Shown: piece after piece, positions 61,643 to 64,000 of the stretch
Position numbering within the stretch: the first letter of the stretch is position 1
Layout of the letters: every line of letters begins with the position of its first letter
Origin: Eledone cirrhosa
Lineage: Eukaryota
Assembly (NCBI GenBank): GCA_964016885.1
Contig: OZ024749.1
Location: 33,604,001 to 33,668,000, forward strand
Direction: 5' to 3'
DNA length: 64,000 nucleotides
The notes under the pieces: model-generated
What the model saw: only the letters and a program-made list of their open reading frames with translations
What the model was told of the DNA's origin: nothing
Databases searched by the model: none
Position numbers and translations under genes: made by a program

Positions 61643-62719
61643 ATATGTATATATATATATATATGAATTGCGAAATGTACTGTATATACACAGAGTGATC
61701 TCTAAATGTGACATTGTCTTATCATGTGAATGCTCTGGTGGTATATCTTACGAAACATTGACTCTCATTGTACATGTCGAGAGAACTATTTCGTCTGTTT
61801 AAACGAGATACGACCATCAACACATGTTTCGAATCTTTTAAACACATGTCTTCCCCTAAGGTCTGTTTGGTGACTTGTAAATAATTATCGTTAATAGAGA
61901 AAAACGAAAGGAAACGTGTGACATTCGTTTAAAACCTCAGGGGTTTTGGATAGTGGAAGAAATTTGGATGGGAAAATGAGTGAAAGAAGAAATGAATCTA
62001 GTAAAAGATCATGTACGATAACAAAACGAAAAGTAATAATGGACCGACGGTGGTTTCGACGATGAGCGCTCCAATTTTTCGATCTACAGAACAGCCTCAT
62101 CATTAATATAACGTGTAATTGGCTGAGCATTTCACAGGCATATGTCAGACTTCATAATAGGAATGCAGTTGTTATTGTTGTTTGCATCTAAGCATGCAGC
62201 ATATCTTGTTATCGGTATTTTCCGTTGTATAGTTTATCAGACGAATACTGTGTGTGTGTGTGCACAACCACAATGATATGGTCCGAACGTGGAAGAGCCG
62301 AACTCCCACTGTCATCGCTTCTATCTCTCTCGCCCTCCCCATCTCTCTGTATGGTAAGCAAATGGGCCTCCCCACAGCCCCGGCGGACAGAATGGAGAAG
62401 GCGTTTTCCTGGAGGATGGTAAGAGGGATGGAAGCATATATATGTTTATGTACATTGAATATACCAGTGTCTCGCTCTGGATGTTTTAAGCAGTGATCAT
62501 GTCACAACTCTCTCAGTAGCTGGTGAAAATGCCAGACACGTGTTTTGGGACTTTTATCCGTCATCGTTGACACTTACTCACTCGTTATTGAGAGAGGAAT
62601 AAGCTTAAGCTTTCATGCTTCTTTGCATATAAAACATCGGGTCGGTATGCTATTTACATATAGTGCAAAATAAAACATTTATAAACCATGCTACTGCTAA
62701 TTAAGTCCAGTCGGTCAAG

Positions 62720-63330
62720 TACGTACTATATTCAAATAAGCTCCCCAGCTTATTTTATGGTTCTGTATTCTATAGATCCCGGAAGGATGAATGGGAAAAT
62801 TAACCTCGGCAGGATTTGACCCCAGAACATAAAGAGCCAGAATAAATGCCACAAAACATTTTGTCCAACTATATAACGATTCTGCCAATCAACCACCATG
62901 TTGACGTAAAATAATAGTTTCTACTTTTGGCACAAGGCCAGCAATTATCCCAGTGCATTACTGGTACTTTATTTTATCAATCCCGTAAGGATGACATGCA
63001 AAGTTAACATTGGCTGAATTTGAACTCGAACCGTAAAGGGCCGTAACTATGCTGCAAAGCATGTTGTTCGACGCTCTACCAATACTGCCCATCCATGTTA
63101 GCGTAAAATAATGGTTTCTGATTTAGGCACAAGGCCAGCAATTTTGGGTGAAGGGAAAGTCGATTAAATCGACCCCAGTACGTGACTGGTACTTTATTTT
63201 ATCGACCCCCGTAAGGATGAAAGGCAAAGCTAACCTCGGCGGGATTTGACCTCAGAACATAAAGAGCCAGAATAATTACCACAAAACATTTTGTCCAACT
63301 ATCTAACGACTCTACCAATCAGCCGCCATT
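62720..63330 (-). mobile_element. Cluster of three SINE copies (two subfamilies)
   Basis: Consensus match; flank CATGTT(GA/AG)CGTAAAATAAT duplicated. Confidence 0.88.
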
Positions 63331-64000
63331 TTGGTGTAAAATAATAAAACAAATCACCTAAAATCAATTTATACGATTGGGAGCAGAATTCCATCTTTGT
63401 AATTACAGCATGGCACAGCGGTCTGTATCTGAACAAACTAATGGAAATCACATACAGTTGTCTATTAGCCAGCTCGATCGTATCACATACCAAGACATGA
63501 TATCTTATCAAATGAAGCCATGAGAAAGTTGGCTAGAGAATTAAAGTTAATATAATACGAATGTTTATGATGTATCGGGTGAGTTCGATTTAATTAAACG
63601 TCTTCCACTTTGACATTTGATTGATTGAATACTCAGCCATACGAAGAAATTGACTTATACGCCGCTCACGGAATATATTAGAAATTTGCCATCGAAGCAG
63701 TACGATGTTATTTACATTTCTTTCAATTTCCCGTGGGAATAAATGAAACGATTTGATAACTAAGGATGAAATTCTTGAAGACTTAATGAACATTACCTAT
63801 TCTTTCCATTTTTTTAATACTATGTATATCGTTGTCCTTTATTTTCTGTTCTGAACGAGTGAAGATGCCATAATGTTAACATCAATTTTACACAACTCTA
63901 GGCGGAGGGTTAGCACAGTCGTTAGAGAGTCGGATAGAATTTTTTTGCGATATTCGTTCCGGCTCAGGGTGTATATATATATCTGTGGAATATTCGGCCA

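Overview
This is AT-rich, microsatellite-saturated eukaryotic intergenic or intronic DNA. The dominant tRNA-derived SINE and the (TA)n/(CA)n/(CATA)n load suggest an octopod cephalopod, but that is an inference. I cannot support any host protein-coding gene; almost all long ORFs in the track are microsatellite artefacts. The window holds a graveyard of retroelements: one 5'-truncated Penelope-like element (PLE) with recognisable RT and GIY-YIG domains and ~91-bp inverted termini (10449-12850), about 20 short PLE pLTR/endonuclease remnants mostly sitting in (TA)n, RTE, CR1-like and R4/Dong-like LINE fragments, about 25 copies or fragments of one SINE, two DNA-transposon MITE remnants, and a few minisatellites. 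The most striking hidden structure is RNA-level. About 20 type-I hammerhead ribozyme (HHR) motifs from at least 15 sequence-unrelated families lie on both strands, many with greatly extended stem II. A conserved, co-varying RCTC-Nn-GAGY hairpin lies downstream of the HHR in about 10 unrelated families. Fold-back inversion junctions repeatedly map onto the ribozyme itself. A complete but non-canonical tRNA cloverleaf (GGA anticodon, short variable arm) also sits in a (TA)n-flanked island. All folds and translations were done by eye; coordinates of degenerate elements are approximate.
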